Program-made: the position numbers and the translations under genes
Part shown: positions 1-8,840 of the stretch, in pieces
Layout of the letters: each line of letters starts with the position of its first letter
How positions within the stretch are numbered: position 1 is the stretch's first letter
Notes under the pieces: model-generated
Database searches by the model: none
What the model was told of the DNA's origin: nothing
What the model saw: only the letters and a program-made list of their open reading frames with translations
IMG/VR virus record: IMGVR_UViG_3300010885_058768
Coordinates: 1-64,000 of that record
Reading direction: 5' to 3' (one strand)
DNA length: 64,000 nucleotides
From: an uncultured virus (IMG/VR IMGVR_UViG_3300010885_058768)
Lineage: Duplodnaviria > Heunggongvirae > Uroviricota > Caudoviricetes

Positions 1-106
1 AAGTTATAAAAAGTTTCGCAAATGTGCAGCAAAGTAGAGCGAAACCTGTTATAATCGAATAGTAGCAAAAACCAAATACAAATGACAAACGACAAAAGGA
101 GTCAAC
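1..106 (+). promoter_or_regulatory. Repeated early-type promoter/leader, copy 1
   Basis: GCAAATGTGCAGC box, CCTGTTATAAT (extended -10), leader ACGACAAAAGGAG before ATG 107. Confidence 0.8.
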
Positions 107-343
107 ATGGCAACTGTAAAAAGCCTAATCGAACAACTTCAAGAAATTGAAGACCAGAACCAACCAATCATCTTTCAGTACTACATCGCTGAACACTTCA
201 TCGACCCGGAGACAAACGACAACCTGGAGCCAAAGCGCTTTGAAATAGTTGCGGAAAACGTCGAAAGAATCGATGGACTTTGGGAAGACATCTACGAAGA
301 AATTGCAACCAACGTAATGGCATTGGAGAGCGACAATGAGTAA
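107..343 (+). CDS. Hypothetical phage protein
   Basis: ORF with AAGGAG RBS directly after the repeated promoter. Confidence 0.8.
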   Translation: MATVKSLIEQLQEIEDQNQPIIFQYYIAEHFIDPETNDNLEPKRFEIVAENVERIDGLWEDIYEEIATNVMALESDNE

Positions 344-557
344 TCAAACCACAATCGAAATCACAACTCAACGCTGCATGTTTTGCGGAGACAACTCCGT
401 GATGACAGTTGATGCGGCAAGTTACGTGGCATGGAAAGATGGAGCATTGATTCAGGATGCTTTTCCAGAGTTCGACGCAGCAACAAGAGAAGTAATCAAA
501 ACTGGAACTCACGGCAAATGCTGGGAGCAAATGTTCGGTATTCCGGACACACTGTAG
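336..557 (+). CDS. Hypothetical protein with CxxC / HxxC (possible Zn binding)
   Basis: Overlaps previous stop; CMFCG and HGKCW motifs. Confidence 0.75.
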   Translation: MSNQTTIEITTQRCMFCGDNSVMTVDAASYVAWKDGALIQDAFPEFDAATREVIKTGTHGKCWEQMFGIPDTL

Positions 558-570
558 AGACGGAGAAACT

Positions 571-957
571 ATGAAAGAAAAAATCCTAGTTGAAGGCACA
601 GAAACAAACGCAGCTGCTTATCCAAACGCACTAAATGGTCCTTGGACAGCATCTATTCACCAGATACTTCACAACGACGACAGACTCTGGTACGTCATCG
701 AGTACACGAGTCCAAACTACGGTGAAGGCAAATACTCTTGCACTTATAAAGGCGGAGCGACCCTCGAGTTGATGAAGCAAGCTCTTGCCGACCAGATTAC
801 CAAGGTCTCAGAATCTGATGTCACGGAAGACACTCCACGCTTTGGTTCGTGCACCTACTGCGACCGCAAAGCGACTCCTGCTGGATACCAACTAAGTTCT
901 CTACTCCCTTGGGCTATTGAGGACGACAACTACGATGGTTGCCGAGGTTGGGACTAA
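571..957 (+). CDS. Hypothetical phage protein
   Basis: ORF with GGAG RBS; C-terminal CTYC and YDGCRGWD. Confidence 0.75.
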   Translation: MKEKILVEGTETNAAAYPNALNGPWTASIHQILHNDDRLWYVIEYTSPNYGEGKYSCTYKGGATLELMKQALADQITKVSESDVTEDTPRFGSCTYCDRKATPAGYQLSSLLPWAIEDDNYDGCRGWD

Positions 958-964
958 AAATAGT

Positions 965-1044
965 CGAAAAATCTTTGCTCAAATGCAGCTTTTGCTCTAA
1001 ATACCTGTTATAATCGTATTAGACAAAAAGACGGAGGATTCAAA
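965..1044 (+). promoter_or_regulatory. Repeated promoter, copy 2
   Basis: ATCTTTGCTCAAATGCAGCTTTT...CCTGTTATAAT, then GGAGG RBS. Confidence 0.8.
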
Positions 1045-1206
1045 ATGGCAAATACACACGCACATTCAATCGAAAACAAAAGCTACATCAAGGCGATGCG
1101 CGAGATTCGCAGAAGCAACGCGGCAGGATTACACGCCGACAAGCGAACACGGAGAGCACGCACTCGTTCAGCATCACTAACCCGCGCAATGCGCGATTAC
1201 AACTAG
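1045..1206 (+). CDS. Small basic protein, 53 aa (below ORF-track cutoff)
   Basis: MANTHAHSIENKSYIKAMREIRRSNAAGLHADKRTRRARTRS...; GGAGG RBS. Confidence 0.75.
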   Translation: MANTHAHSIENKSYIKAMREIRRSNAAGLHADKRTRRARTRSASLTRAMRDYN

Positions 1207-1214
1207 GAGAAAAA

Positions 1215-1592
1215 ATGACAGAAAACGAAAACACAAACGAACTGGTCTCGCTAGAACGCGAGCTAACCGAGACTGAGGCAAGAAGCCTAAGTCGTGAGCA
1301 GGTGGCAACTCGAAAGAAGCTGAAGTGGGAAAACTATCCTGCTGTCCACGGACACATCGTAAAGCACATCACCGAGCTCGAGCACTCTCCTGTAGAGTAC
1401 TACGAGTGGTTTTGGACAAAGGCACCAGAGTGTCCTAGTTGCGGTGGATTCATTCCAAACAATGAGAACCCTGGGGCTTACATGGGAGCAATCTCACGGA
1501 AAGATAACAAGACCGAAATCTGTTCTGCTTGCGGAACGATCGAGGCAATAGCAGACTTTTACGAAAGTCAGAAGGCAGGTAGCAATGAGTAG
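1215..1592 (+). CDS. Hypothetical Zn-finger-like protein
   Basis: CPSCGG...AISRKDNKTEICSACG. Confidence 0.75.
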   Translation: MTENENTNELVSLERELTETEARSLSREQVATRKKLKWENYPAVHGHIVKHITELEHSPVEYYEWFWTKAPECPSCGGFIPNNENPGAYMGAISRKDNKTEICSACGTIEAIADFYESQKAGSNE

Positions 1593-1956
1593 CGAAATCA
1601 AAGAAGAAATGACTCTTGACGCATTGATGAGCAAAGTTCTGGAGATTCTTCCGGATGCGATTCTCTCTGAAGAATCTGGAGAAATCGTGATTGCCACTGG
1701 GTTGCGGGAAAACTCTCCCGGTGACGTGCTGACTCCAGCAGATGTCATCGATGGAGATACGGTATCCTCAACTCACTACTTCACAGACGATGGAACCTAC
1801 GGCTCCGTCGATGGGATGGAAATCATGGACACCTCGGCTTGGACTTCAGAGGACTGGGAACGAATCGAGGAAGCCGGAGACTCTGCTCGCCTCGCTGAGG
1901 CAAGAGTAATCTCAAGTCTCAGAAAAAAGCAAAACGAAAAAGAAGGCGGTAACTAA
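1585..1956 (+). CDS. Hypothetical acidic protein
   Basis: ORF coupled to neighbours. Confidence 0.75.
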   Translation: MSSEIKEEMTLDALMSKVLEILPDAILSEESGEIVIATGLRENSPGDVLTPADVIDGDTVSSTHYFTDDGTYGSVDGMEIMDTSAWTSEDWERIEEAGDSARLAEARVISSLRKKQNEKEGGN

Positions 1957-2150
1957 TGTTCGATTACGATTCATGGAAAACCAGTGGGTACGGAGACGAT
2001 GAAGTTGCAATGACTGTCTCCTTTGAGTGCGACAAGTGCGAGCATCAAAACGATGACATGGAAGCTGTCGGCTCACGTCGAAGTGACGAAGTCTACGTTG
2101 AATGTGAAGAATGCGGTAAAGAAAACTGCGTTAGCGTCGGTGGAGACTAG
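1956..2150 (+). CDS. Small Zn-ribbon-like protein
   Basis: CDKC...CEEC; TAATG overlap. Confidence 0.7.
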   Translation: MFDYDSWKTSGYGDDEVAMTVSFECDKCEHQNDDMEAVGSRRSDEVYVECEECGKENCVSVGGD

Positions 2151-2253
2151 TTACAAAAAAGTTATAAAAAACTTTGCAAATGTGCAGCTTTTTGCTCCAG
2201 TTCCTGTTATAATCGAACTAGAAACAAAAAGACAAACGACAAAAGGAGCTCAA
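2150..2253 (+). promoter_or_regulatory. Repeated promoter, copy 3, with GTTAC-N6-GTTAT box
   Basis: GTTACAAAAAAGTTATAA, TTTGCAAATGTGCAGC, CCTGTTATAAT, ACGACAAAAGGAG. Confidence 0.85.
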
Positions 2254-2559
2254 ATGACCGAATTCGCGGAATGGCTAGAAAAGTCAAAGGTAGTAGCTGA
2301 AGCACGCAAAACCGAAATCTGGAGTACGGAGAACGGAGAACTTGTATGCGTAGACAGTAGCTGCATGGGAAACAGGATGTACACTGAAGTCACTTCAAGT
2401 AAGCGTAAGAAGACTACTCAAGATGGTGGATACTTACTTGACGCTCGCGAAATCGAGTACATGAGAAACTTCTTAATCAATGAAATCGGAGAAAAATCTC
2501 CAACCTGCACTTGCGGCAGGGTAGAAATCAAAGTCGCTGAAGCAATAAGCGTCAGCTAA
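2254..2559 (+). CDS. Hypothetical protein (start re-called at ATG 2254)
   Basis: AAGGAG RBS; the longer track ORF runs through the promoter. Confidence 0.75.
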   Translation: MTEFAEWLEKSKVVAEARKTEIWSTENGELVCVDSSCMGNRMYTEVTSSKRKKTTQDGGYLLDAREIEYMRNFLINEIGEKSPTCTCGRVEIKVAEAISVS

Positions 2560-2575
2560 ACAGAAAGAAGCAAAG

Positions 2576-2761
2576 ATGAAAATCTACTCACTAAAAATCA
2601 CACCTGCTAACGCAGACCACGCTTCACCTATTTACGAAGTTCATTCTTGGGAAAAGGTAGAAGAAATCATCAAATCGACAAAAGAACTCTACAACGGAGA
2701 ATTCACTTTTGAAGTCTTCGGTAGAGTAGAAGCTCGAGTAGCGGAAACGGAGACACTATGA
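2576..2761 (+). CDS. Hypothetical protein
   Basis: ORF in operon. Confidence 0.65.
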   Translation: MKIYSLKITPANADHASPIYEVHSWEKVEEIIKSTKELYNGEFTFEVFGRVEARVAETETL

Positions 2762-2979
2762 GTATGAAAATATACTGGGACGAAATGTCTGAAGCAGAAA
2801 TGAAAAAGTCTGGTGCCGAATACCACGCTTGCAACAACAAAGCCTGCGGACACACACCACTCATCTGGCAGCAAGCCGTTGGAGACGCAGTCTGCGAAGG
2901 TTGCGGTAAATGGCAAAATGAAGAAGAAGAAGAAGAAGAAGAAGAAGAAGAAGAAGAAGAAAGCGAGAAAAGCGAATGA
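2758..2979 (+). CDS. Small Cys-containing protein with poly-Glu tail
   Basis: ATGA overlaps; CNNKAC...CEGC; (GAA)14. Confidence 0.65.
   Translation: MSMKIYWDEMSEAEMKKSGAEYHACNNKACGHTPLIWQQAVGDAVCEGCGKWQNEEEEEEEEEEEEEESEKSE
2920..2961 (+). repeat. (GAA)14 microsatellite
   Basis: Pure trinucleotide run encoding 14 Glu. Confidence 0.95.
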
Positions 2980-3281
2980 GTGAAAACCAACCAACGCAAG
3001 AAGAAATCCTATTCAATCTAACGCAGGCTCTGCAGAACGCCAACGCACTGCTTGGACAACTAGAGCAAACTGACTTGGTGAAACTTCACCGCAGACGAAT
3101 CGGCAAACTTTGGTCTTTCTATCTGAAGAAGCGAGTCGCTGCAGCGCAAAAAATAACCTGGGGCGAATGGCTTTCTGACGAGGCGAACATGGCCAAGTTT
3201 AAGGCTTGGTTATTTAATGACGAAGTCGACGAAGAACTTATCTCTCTTAGCAACGGAGAAGAAGGCGAGAAAAACCAATGA
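2976..3281 (+). CDS. Hypothetical protein
   Basis: ATGA overlaps with neighbours. Confidence 0.7.
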   Translation: MSENQPTQEEILFNLTQALQNANALLGQLEQTDLVKLHRRRIGKLWSFYLKKRVAAAQKITWGEWLSDEANMAKFKAWLFNDEVDEELISLSNGEEGEKNQ

Positions 3282-3523
3282 GAACTATCGGTCGTTTCTT
3301 GATTGCGGTAGTCACCGCACCAATCGTACTAATCGCCTACGGACTTCTCTGGGTTCTTTTGATAGGACTCGGAGCAGAGGATAACGGAATGTTCTATTCG
3401 AACCTTCCATTCATTGCAGCCGGCTGGATTACAACGCTAACTGCGTTCCCGTGGCTGATGAGATTAACGGATTCCATCGACAGATGGATGGAAAACCAAG
3501 CACGAACACCATACAAAAAATAA
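3278..3523 (+). CDS. Small membrane protein
   Basis: Two hydrophobic segments. Confidence 0.7.
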   Translation: MRTIGRFLIAVVTAPIVLIAYGLLWVLLIGLGAEDNGMFYSNLPFIAAGWITTLTAFPWLMRLTDSIDRWMENQARTPYKK

Positions 3524-3535
3524 GGAGAGACAAAA

Positions 3536-3856
3536 ATGTCTGAAAAAACCAAAGCAGCACCAAAAACCCGTTTAGAGTCGCTTCCGCGCCTTCCAGAAGG
3601 CGTGCAGTTGCCGGAAGGGTATGTACCTGCCTACTACCGTAAACGCGCCAGTCTCGCGGTCCTAAGGGCCTTAGACGGCAGCGGATACAAGGTTCTTGAG
3701 GTACAAACCGGAATCATTCACGACGCAAAAACCACAAGAGAGACATCTCGCTTGATGGCACAAATTGGCCGCGACATTAGAGCGGTAAGAGAAGCATCTA
3801 AGCCCGCGAAGGTGACAGTTTCAACTGAAACCCTGGTAGAATCAAAGGAAGCCTAA
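3536..3856 (+). CDS. Hypothetical protein
   Basis: AAGGAG RBS. Confidence 0.75.
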   Translation: MSEKTKAAPKTRLESLPRLPEGVQLPEGYVPAYYRKRASLAVLRALDGSGYKVLEVQTGIIHDAKTTRETSRLMAQIGRDIRAVREASKPAKVTVSTETLVESKEA

Positions 3857-3932
3857 ACTTTAGGTCCAGGAGATAACCAAAACCCCTGAACACAATACGA
3901 CCGAGTACTAACTCACGGAAAGGTAGGTCGGA

Positions 3933-4499
3933 ATGAAAAAGAAGAAATGGTTATCGTTTGTGCTGACTGCGTTGTTCACGCTAGCTCTTGCTAGTGGAAG
4001 CGATGCGGCAGTAGGCACGGAGGTCCGAGCGTCGCAAGACGTAAAGGTAAAGTCTGTGCCTTCAAGTGAAACAACCCAAGCGAATTTCGCTTTCGTCCAG
4101 AAGCTAATAAAAGCATCGGAGAGAAAGAGAATCGCGCAAGTCGTGCGGAGGCTGAAGTACTATGTTGGTAAAACAAGATACGTATTTTCTGGTGACACTC
4201 CTCAAGGCTGGGACTGCTCGGGTCTCGTCCGCTGGACGTACGAGAAACTAGGAGTCACTCTAGAGCATTCTGCTACAAAGCAGAAGAACTCTGGAACCCT
4301 GGTAAAAAACCCTCTTCCCGGGGATATCGTGGCCTTCAGCTACGGTAGCGGAAGTAGTTTCTACCACTCGGGTATCTACATCGGAAATGGAAAAGTTCTT
4401 CATGCTCAACAGGCACGCGGAACATTCATCAGTTCGTTAGATAGCCCGCTCTTCGCAGGTAATAAGATTACCTTCACGCGAATCATAATAAACCAATAA
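3933..4499 (+). CDS. Secreted NlpC/P60 peptidoglycan endopeptidase
   Basis: Signal peptide; YVFSG..GWDCSGL, HSGIYIGNGKVLHA. Confidence 0.92.
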   Translation: MKKKKWLSFVLTALFTLALASGSDAAVGTEVRASQDVKVKSVPSSETTQANFAFVQKLIKASERKRIAQVVRRLKYYVGKTRYVFSGDTPQGWDCSGLVRWTYEKLGVTLEHSATKQKNSGTLVKNPLPGDIVAFSYGSGSSFYHSGIYIGNGKVLHAQQARGTFISSLDSPLFAGNKITFTRIIINQ

Positions 4500-4521
4500 T
4501 CCCGTTCAGGGGAATCTCCGG

Positions 4522-4556
4522 TCACCGTCGGCTTCTGTCGGCGGTGATCTTTTTCG
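4522..4556 (+). terminator. Intrinsic terminator
   Basis: TCACCGTCGGC-TTCT-GTCGGCGGTGA then TCTTTTT. Confidence 0.75.
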
Positions 4557-4604
4557 CCTTGAAGCGCAAAGTCACGCGGAAAGCACCCTTGCTAGAATCG
4601 CACT

Positions 4605-4865
4605 ATGAATCTGAAGGGAAATCAAATGAAAGACAAAATCTCACCTATCGTAGCGGATACATCAGGCTGGTACCGTAAAGCTCAGGACGCGGAATTGTAT
4701 TGCGGATGGTGCTTACCAGCGAGAGCAGCTCTAGCTCACCAAGCGCACCCTGAACGAAAGTGGATTGCCACGGAAACCGGCGACTTCCTAGTTCTCGTCG
4801 GAGACGTCTTGGACAAAGTCTCTGAGGCAGAAAAGAACCTGCATCGCAGCTGCGAAAACGGATAG
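4605..4865 (+). CDS. Hypothetical protein
   Basis: ORF; CGWC motif; start may be the downstream MKDK ATG. Confidence 0.6.
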   Translation: MNLKGNQMKDKISPIVADTSGWYRKAQDAELYCGWCLPARAALAHQAHPERKWIATETGDFLVLVGDVLDKVSEAEKNLHRSCENG

Positions 4866-4949
4866 TTCTAAAAAAGTTATAAAACTAGGTGTACTTTCTG
4901 CCAAGTACCTGTTATAATGATTATACGGTAATCATAACGACAGAAAGAG
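4865..4949 (+). promoter_or_regulatory. Repeated promoter, copy 4
   Basis: GTTCTAAAAAAGTTATAA ... CCTGTTATAAT ... ACGACAGAAAGAGG. Confidence 0.75.
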
Positions 4950-5162
4950 GTGAGTGCCATGGAAATACAAGTAGGAAAAATCTCGACTTGGTTAAGTCCA
5001 AACGGAGAAGTCTGTAGAGTAAAAGTAGTTTCTGTAGAAGACGGAAGACAAGGTAAAGTCTTTACGGGCTACAGAGTGAATGAGAAAGACGAGCCTTTGC
5101 AAAACGAAGCAGGCTTCTTTTATCCAACCTTCTCCGGAATGGCAGAATCTCTCGGAGGTTAA
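4950..5162 (+). CDS. Hypothetical protein
   Basis: ORF after promoter. Confidence 0.7.
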   Translation: MSAMEIQVGKISTWLSPNGEVCRVKVVSVEDGRQGKVFTGYRVNEKDEPLQNEAGFFYPTFSGMAESLGG

Positions 5163-5218
5163 CGGCAAATTGCAACTCGATGCGGTAAAATAATACAAAG
5201 AAACCAATCGAGGTAGAA

Positions 5219-5455
5219 ATGTCTGAAAACCCGCAAATCGGAAGCAGAGCGGTAGCAAGAAACTTAGTGATGCGTCTTCTACAGCAATACGAAAGACATC
5301 AGCTAAATCCGCTCGACCTCTCTTATCAAGAGCTAGCTCACATAAACTACGCAATAAAGCTTGCAGACCTGGGAAGAGATTCCGAGTCGCTGAATGACTT
5401 TGCGGAAGCAATAGAAAAACTCTTCACAATCTTCACTCCAAAGTTCGAAGACTAA
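5219..5455 (+). CDS. Hypothetical protein
   Basis: GAGGT RBS. Confidence 0.7.
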   Translation: MSENPQIGSRAVARNLVMRLLQQYERHQLNPLDLSYQELAHINYAIKLADLGRDSESLNDFAEAIEKLFTIFTPKFED

Positions 5456-5469
5456 AATAAGGAAAACAA

Positions 5470-5697
5470 ATGACGCAACACGGTTACGACAAAAGAAGCT
5501 TTGAATCTGGCCAGCGCGATGGCATTCGCCGAGGATACAACTCCGCTATCGACAAGATGCTGGCGGAAATAGACAAATGCACGGAGCTCGCTCGGGGAAA
5601 TAAGAAAGCCACAAAAGAAAACATAAACCCTCTGACGATTCTTTCGATGCTCCGAGACTTCTGCGTTGACTTGGACCAAAATCTTTACGAAGAGTAG
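5470..5697 (+). CDS. Hypothetical protein
   Basis: AAGGA RBS. Confidence 0.7.
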   Translation: MTQHGYDKRSFESGQRDGIRRGYNSAIDKMLAEIDKCTELARGNKKATKENINPLTILSMLRDFCVDLDQNLYEE

Positions 5698-5725
5698 ACT
5701 TTTGGGCTAAATGCCTGGTATAATA
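5698..5725 (+). promoter_or_regulatory. Promoter, shortened copy
   Basis: CTTTTGGGCTAAATGCCTGGTATAAT. Confidence 0.65.
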
Positions 5726-5768
5726 AACTTGCGATTCACAATTTACACCTCAAAAAAGGAATGATACA

Positions 5769-6047
5769 ATGAGAACTGACCAAAAGCTAGAAGTGTTAGC
5801 GGTTGATTGCCACAGAAACGGAATCGACGGCTTGCCATTCAAGGTCGCTATCGTTTACGATTCTTTTTACGGAGATAAGAAACTTGTAGTGATGTTTGAA
5901 GAAAAGAACGCTACCGCGGTGTTCAGTCTCGATAAACTAATTGCGGAAGCGGACATAAAAAGCATCTCTAACTCTTGGCGCGGAGACATTTACGACGAAG
6001 CTCTAAGAAAAGAGCTTTGGCCAAAAGAGAGTGAGAAAAATGCTTGA
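5769..6047 (+). CDS. Hypothetical protein
   Basis: ORF; HRNGI..PF, NSWRGD motifs. Confidence 0.7.
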   Translation: MRTDQKLEVLAVDCHRNGIDGLPFKVAIVYDSFYGDKKLVVMFEEKNATAVFSLDKLIAEADIKSISNSWRGDIYDEALRKELWPKESEKNA

Positions 6048-6249
6048 AATTCTAGGAATACTCATCATAGTAGTCGGCGTCGTTCTTTTAGTGTGCCTTG
6101 TCGCAGCAGGATTCTTGATTCTTATGGGAACTGTTGCCGGTTTAGACATCTACGACCACGATGAAATCGAAGAAAACGAACCGACTGCTCTTCTCGGAGT
6201 AGTTTCGCCAAAAAACCATTCAAATTCAAAAGGAGACATCAATGCTTAA
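6040..6249 (+). CDS. Small membrane protein
   Basis: N-terminal hydrophobic helix. Confidence 0.65.
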   Translation: MLEILGILIIVVGVVLLVCLVAAGFLILMGTVAGLDIYDHDEIEENEPTALLGVVSPKNHSNSKGDINA

Positions 6250-6415
6250 ACTACTTATCGCCCGCTTACGCGAGCTCGTTTGGCCAGCGGTCATTTCCGT
6301 GCTACTAATCGCGGTGTCCTTGGTCATCGTCGTAGTTTCTCCCGGGTTCTCAACTGGGGCAGGAGTCTTTGCCTTGGCTGGAATTGGGTTCGCAATCCTG
6401 GCTCAGAGGGCCTAA
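6242..6415 (+). CDS. Small two-TM membrane protein, 57 aa (not in ORF track)
   Basis: MLKLLIARLRELVWPAVISVLLIAVSLVIVVVSPGFSTGAGVFALAGIGFAILAQRA; AAGGAG RBS. Confidence 0.7.
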   Translation: MLKLLIARLRELVWPAVISVLLIAVSLVIVVVSPGFSTGAGVFALAGIGFAILAQRA

Positions 6416-6419
6416 AAAA

Positions 6420-6512
6420 TAGTTCAAAAATCTTTGCAAATGTGCAGCTTTCTGCTCTAAAACCTGTTATAATAAATAAGTAATAAAAAACGAGTTCCTT
6501 TAGGAGGAAATT
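6420..6512 (+). promoter_or_regulatory. Repeated promoter, copy 6
   Basis: ATCTTTGCAAATGTGCAGCTTT...CCTGTTATAAT; AGGAGG RBS. Confidence 0.85.
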
Positions 6513-7067
6513 ATGGCAGATACAATGATTCAAGCAACCGGACCTCAGGTCAACTTTGTGAAGGTTCTTTTGGCAGAACGAGTAATCGATGACGTAGACT
6601 GGGCAGAAGAGATTGCGGCAAAAATCGACGAAAACAAACTAAGCAAAAAAGATGCAAGTCAGGTAATTGACAAGTTGATAAACGCGAAGAGAATCCCGAA
6701 AGACCCTGTACTTCAGAGCGTTCTTTCTTCAATTCCAAAATCAAAGTACGCAATCCCGACTTCAGAACTTGACGTCTTCGTAGAAGAAAAAGTAAACGGA
6801 GACTTGTTGTTCGTCGAAGTCAAAGAGTACATGAACATACTTTACATGAGAAAACTTCTCGGTGCACCTGGCGGATTCACAAGAACCAAGCTTTCAGTTT
6901 CTGACGTGAAAGAAATCGTAAACATCATCGCTGCAGACCCTGTAAAGTACGCGAGAATCTTCGGTGAACACTACAGCTGCTGCGGTAAGTGTGGAGCAGA
7001 GTTGACAGACCCGATAAGCAGAAAACTGCAGTTCGGACCAACATGTCGAGCAGAGTTTGGACTGTAA
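6513..7067 (+). CDS. DUF6011-like Zn-finger protein with N-terminal helical module
   Basis: CGKCGAELTDPISRKLQFGPTC; N-terminal ATGPQVNFVKVLL...LSKKDASQVIDKL. Confidence 0.7.
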   Translation: MADTMIQATGPQVNFVKVLLAERVIDDVDWAEEIAAKIDENKLSKKDASQVIDKLINAKRIPKDPVLQSVLSSIPKSKYAIPTSELDVFVEEKVNGDLLFVEVKEYMNILYMRKLLGAPGGFTRTKLSVSDVKEIVNIIAADPVKYARIFGEHYSCCGKCGAELTDPISRKLQFGPTCRAEFGL

Positions 7068-7129
7068 AGTCCAAATTCTCGCTTCGGCGAAAGCAAAAAC
7101 CAAATGACAAAAAGAAAGCGAGGTAGCTC

Positions 7130-7570
7130 ATGTGGCTATTTACGGAAACCGGATTCATGAGTGCTGTGAGACATCGAACGTCTCCAGACAACCTAGTAGT
7201 TAGAGCAAGAGACAGACAGTCTCTACTCGAGCTTTCGGAGTTCTCTAAAGAAGAGATACAGTTTACTCCGTATGCCGACTATCCATACAGAGTCATCGTT
7301 CACGAGAAGCAACTAAGAACTTTTATGGACGACGCTCTTAAAAATCTGAAGTACGATAACTTCAAGAGTAGAGTTCAGAAGACTCGCGGACTACAGTTCG
7401 TCGATGCTCTGCAGGATGTCTGGGCAACAATGCACAAAGTCGAAGACTTAGAGTCTGCAAACCGCTGGGAAAAGTATCCGGTGGAAGAGACTCTTCCTGG
7501 ATTCGACGATTCACCAGACCCTTACGATTACGATTCATTTCCAGACTGGGAGCCGGATGAAAAGTCCTAA
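7130..7570 (+). CDS. Hypothetical phage protein
   Basis: MWLFTETGF, VRAR, DYPYR, YDNFK motifs. Confidence 0.75.
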   Translation: MWLFTETGFMSAVRHRTSPDNLVVRARDRQSLLELSEFSKEEIQFTPYADYPYRVIVHEKQLRTFMDDALKNLKYDNFKSRVQKTRGLQFVDALQDVWATMHKVEDLESANRWEKYPVEETLPGFDDSPDPYDYDSFPDWEPDEKS

Positions 7571-8138
7571 AGTAGCGGCTGCGTTGGTGCTTGCGTTTGC
7601 TTTTGTAAGCGCAGGTATTCAACCAACTGTTCCGCAAGAAATAAAAATCGTGCAACAAAAAGAAAAAGAAAAAGAAAAAGAAAAAGTCTCCCCGGTGGAG
7701 AAGTTTCGAAACGCAAAGAAGCTAAACGGAATCCAACTCGCGGCAATTTTAGCGCACGTTGGGTTTCGCGGGAACTCGCACAAAATCGCTTGGGCTCTTG
7801 CAATGAGAGAATCTCACGGGAACCCGTTATCACACAACCGCAACGCTGCTACGGCTGATGACTCGTATGGGCTCTTTCAAATAAACATGCGTGGATACCT
7901 GGGTAAGGCAAGAAGAGTGACTTACGGGCTCTCTAGGGACTCTAAACTGTTCGACCCGTTGACTAATGCGTGGGTAGCGTATCGGATGAGTAAAGGGGGC
8001 AGAGACTTTGGTCCCTGGGGCATAGGCCCGAACGCCTACAGAGCGAACCGGGGAATCGGAACCATCTCTAAGCATTTTGCGTCTTATCCTGGGTATCCAA
8101 AGACAAAAACGGTACACAGCGGTAAGAAATCCAAATAA
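7557..8138 (+). CDS. Secreted lysozyme-like / lytic transglycosylase (SLT-type)
   Basis: Signal peptide; AMRES, SYGLFQIN, LFDPLTNA. Confidence 0.85.
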   Translation: MKSPKVAAALVLAFAFVSAGIQPTVPQEIKIVQQKEKEKEKEKVSPVEKFRNAKKLNGIQLAAILAHVGFRGNSHKIAWALAMRESHGNPLSHNRNAATADDSYGLFQINMRGYLGKARRVTYGLSRDSKLFDPLTNAWVAYRMSKGGRDFGPWGIGPNAYRANRGIGTISKHFASYPGYPKTKTVHSGKKSK

Positions 8139-8168
8139 AATCTTACAAAATCAAGTTTTGGAGAAAAA

Positions 8169-8726
8169 ATGTCTGAAGAAATCGTAAACCCTGAAGAAAA
8201 CATCACCCCGGAAGACACTTCAGCCCCCGAAGAGAGCCAAGAGCCGGAAGTCCAGGTGGATACCCCGGAAATCCGTGAAGAGGCTGTCACCCCGGAAGAG
8301 AGGCCAGTTGCGACCCCGATTCCGGCTCCAATCCGGGTCTCCGTTCCGGAAAAACCAAAGCAGGAGAAGAAAATTGCAGTTCCTGTTGCGGTAAGTGCTG
8401 AAGAAATAGAAAAAGTAGTAGAGAAATCTACAAATTCGGTGATTGTTGGAACAGGCGACAAGGACGAAGTTAAGTTGTCGGCAATAGTCTACAAAAACTT
8501 TCAGTCAACTCGTTCTGTGAGCGTTTTCCACGTTCAAAGAAGACTTTACGAACTTGGATACCAGGATTCTGCTTCAGACAGAAGAGGCTTTTTCGGAGAC
8601 AACACAAAAAACGCACTCACCTACTTTCAAAGTGCAAATGGCTTAGAAGCAAGTGGACTTCCGAACGCTGAAACTCTAACTCTTCTCTTCACCGGAGACG
8701 AAAACGTTTCTCTAACTTTAGACTAA
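8169..8726 (+). CDS. Protein with C-terminal peptidoglycan-binding domain
   Basis: VQRRLYELGY...GFFGDNTKNALTYFQSANGL..SG; acidic, Pro-rich N-terminus. Confidence 0.8.
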   Translation: MSEEIVNPEENITPEDTSAPEESQEPEVQVDTPEIREEAVTPEERPVATPIPAPIRVSVPEKPKQEKKIAVPVAVSAEEIEKVVEKSTNSVIVGTGDKDEVKLSAIVYKNFQSTRSVSVFHVQRRLYELGYQDSASDRRGFFGDNTKNALTYFQSANGLEASGLPNAETLTLLFTGDENVSLTLD

Positions 8727-8840
8727 GAGATTCTTCTATCCCGATTATTATTATACCATACTTTTAGCTAAAAGTTTCTCTATTTATCAAACAGTTATAA
8801 AACTTACTGTTTTTAGTCTACGGTATACAATTGCATCATC

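Noticed and set aside
2023..2253. N-terminal extension of track ORF 2023..2559 (also ORF 6280..6483 and the long starts of the cassette ORFs)
   Set aside because: They read through the repeated promoter; better RBS-linked starts lie downstream.
2689..2999. Minus-strand poly-Phe / poly-Ser ORFs
   Set aside because: Shadows of the (GAA)14 run.
3860..3932. c-di-AMP (ydaO) riboswitch call
   Set aside because: Too short and lacks the consensus elements I could recognise; kept only as an unnamed structured leader.
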